Positions 15,431 through 16,841 of a DNA stretch of 16,841 nt are shown one piece after another. Numbering within the stretch: the first letter of the stretch is position 1; each line of letters opens with the position of its first letter. The notes beneath the pieces are model-generated. The model saw only the letters and a list, made by a program, of their open reading frames with translations. It ran no database searches and was not told where the DNA came from. The DNA is taken from NCBI GenBank assembly GCA_052390515.1, contig JBQTGV010000134.1, positions 1-16,841 on the forward strand, given 5' to 3'. This stretch comes from Candidatus Eiseniibacteriota bacterium (lineage in GTDB: Bacteria > ARS69). The position numbers and the translations under genes are program-made.

Positions 15431-16303
15431 CCCGTCCCCTCCTCCCCCGCGGGAGACGTCACGAAGCCGTGCGCGCCGATCTCCCCGCCCAGGATCACAT
15501 TGTCGATGAGCCTCGCGCGCCCCACCCGCGCCGCCGCGGCGAGCAGCGCCGGCCGGCCCGCGTCGGTCCACGGCGAAAGGTCCTCGAGGTCGCGGATGTC
15601 CACGTACTCCGGCACGACGAGCGGCTCGACCTCCAGCACCTCACGGACGAGGTTGACGAGCCGGCGCGGATCGCGCTCGCCTCGTTCGAAGGCGGTGCGC
15701 GCGGCGAAGAGCCCCCGCGAAATCGACCGTGCCGCGCGCCGCTCCTCCGCGTCCAGGTAACGGTTGCGCGAGCTCATGGCCAGACCGTCCTGCTCGCGCA
15801 CGGTCGGTCCGATGAGGATGCGTCCGGGAAGGTTCAGGTCCGCGGCCAGCCGGCGGATCAGCACGGCCTGCTGCGCGTCCTTCTGGCCGAAGACGGAGAC
15901 ATCGGGGCGGACGATGTTCAGGAGCTTCGCCACGACGAGCGCTACGCCGTCGAAGTGTCCAGGACGGCTGCGCCCGCACAGCGGCTCGGACAGACGCTCG
16001 ACGCGCACCGTCGTGGCGAAACCCTCCGGGTACATCTCCGCCGCGTCGGGGGCGAAGATCAGGTTCGCGCCGGCGGTCCGCGCCAGCCTCGAGTCTTCCT
16101 CCAGCGCCCGCGGATAGGACGCCAGGTCTTCGCCCGGCGCGAACTGCGTCGGGTTCACGAACACGGAGAGCACGACGAAGTCGGAGTGCCGCCTCGCCAG
16201 CCGGATCAGGGAAAGATGTCCCTCGTGCAGCGCACCCATGGTGGGCACGAAGCCGATGTTCCGTCCGGCCGCCCTGGCGCTCTCGACGGCGGCGCGGACC
16301 TCG

Positions 16304-16326
<23 letters not shown>
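15427..16326 (-). CDS. panC: Pantoate--beta-alanine ligase (pantothenate synthetase)
   Basis: GFVPTMGALHEGHLSL, SVFVNPTQF, RPGHFDGV, FGQKDAQQ, REQDGLAMSSRN and RLIDN. GTG start with GGAG upstream. Confidence 0.97.
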
Positions 16327-16840
<514 letters not shown>

Positions 16841-16841
16841 G

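Overview
High-GC (roughly 70% by eye) bacterial chromosomal window of housekeeping and envelope genes. I see no mobile element, CRISPR array or RNA gene. The minus strand, read right to left, carries panB (5'-truncated), panC, a GlmU-like nucleotidyltransferase lacking the acetyltransferase domain, a HIT protein, a LytR_C protein, a DUF4321-like membrane protein and tatA/B. A single plus-strand PpiD/SurA-like chaperone follows. Divergent from it is a second minus-strand run: M23 peptidase, dnaE, a YjbH-like outer-membrane protein, accA, and a C25 (gingipain-family) cysteine peptidase of at least 1084 codons resembling the type IX secretion sortase PorU. This last gene is missing from the supplied ORF track because it runs off the left edge; I translated it by hand. 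Near-consensus sigma70 promoters and Shine-Dalgarno sites argue that the host is not a typical Bacteroidia/Flavobacteriia organism. The best lead is therefore a T9SS-like or PorU-like system in another lineage, probably FCB-group (inference).
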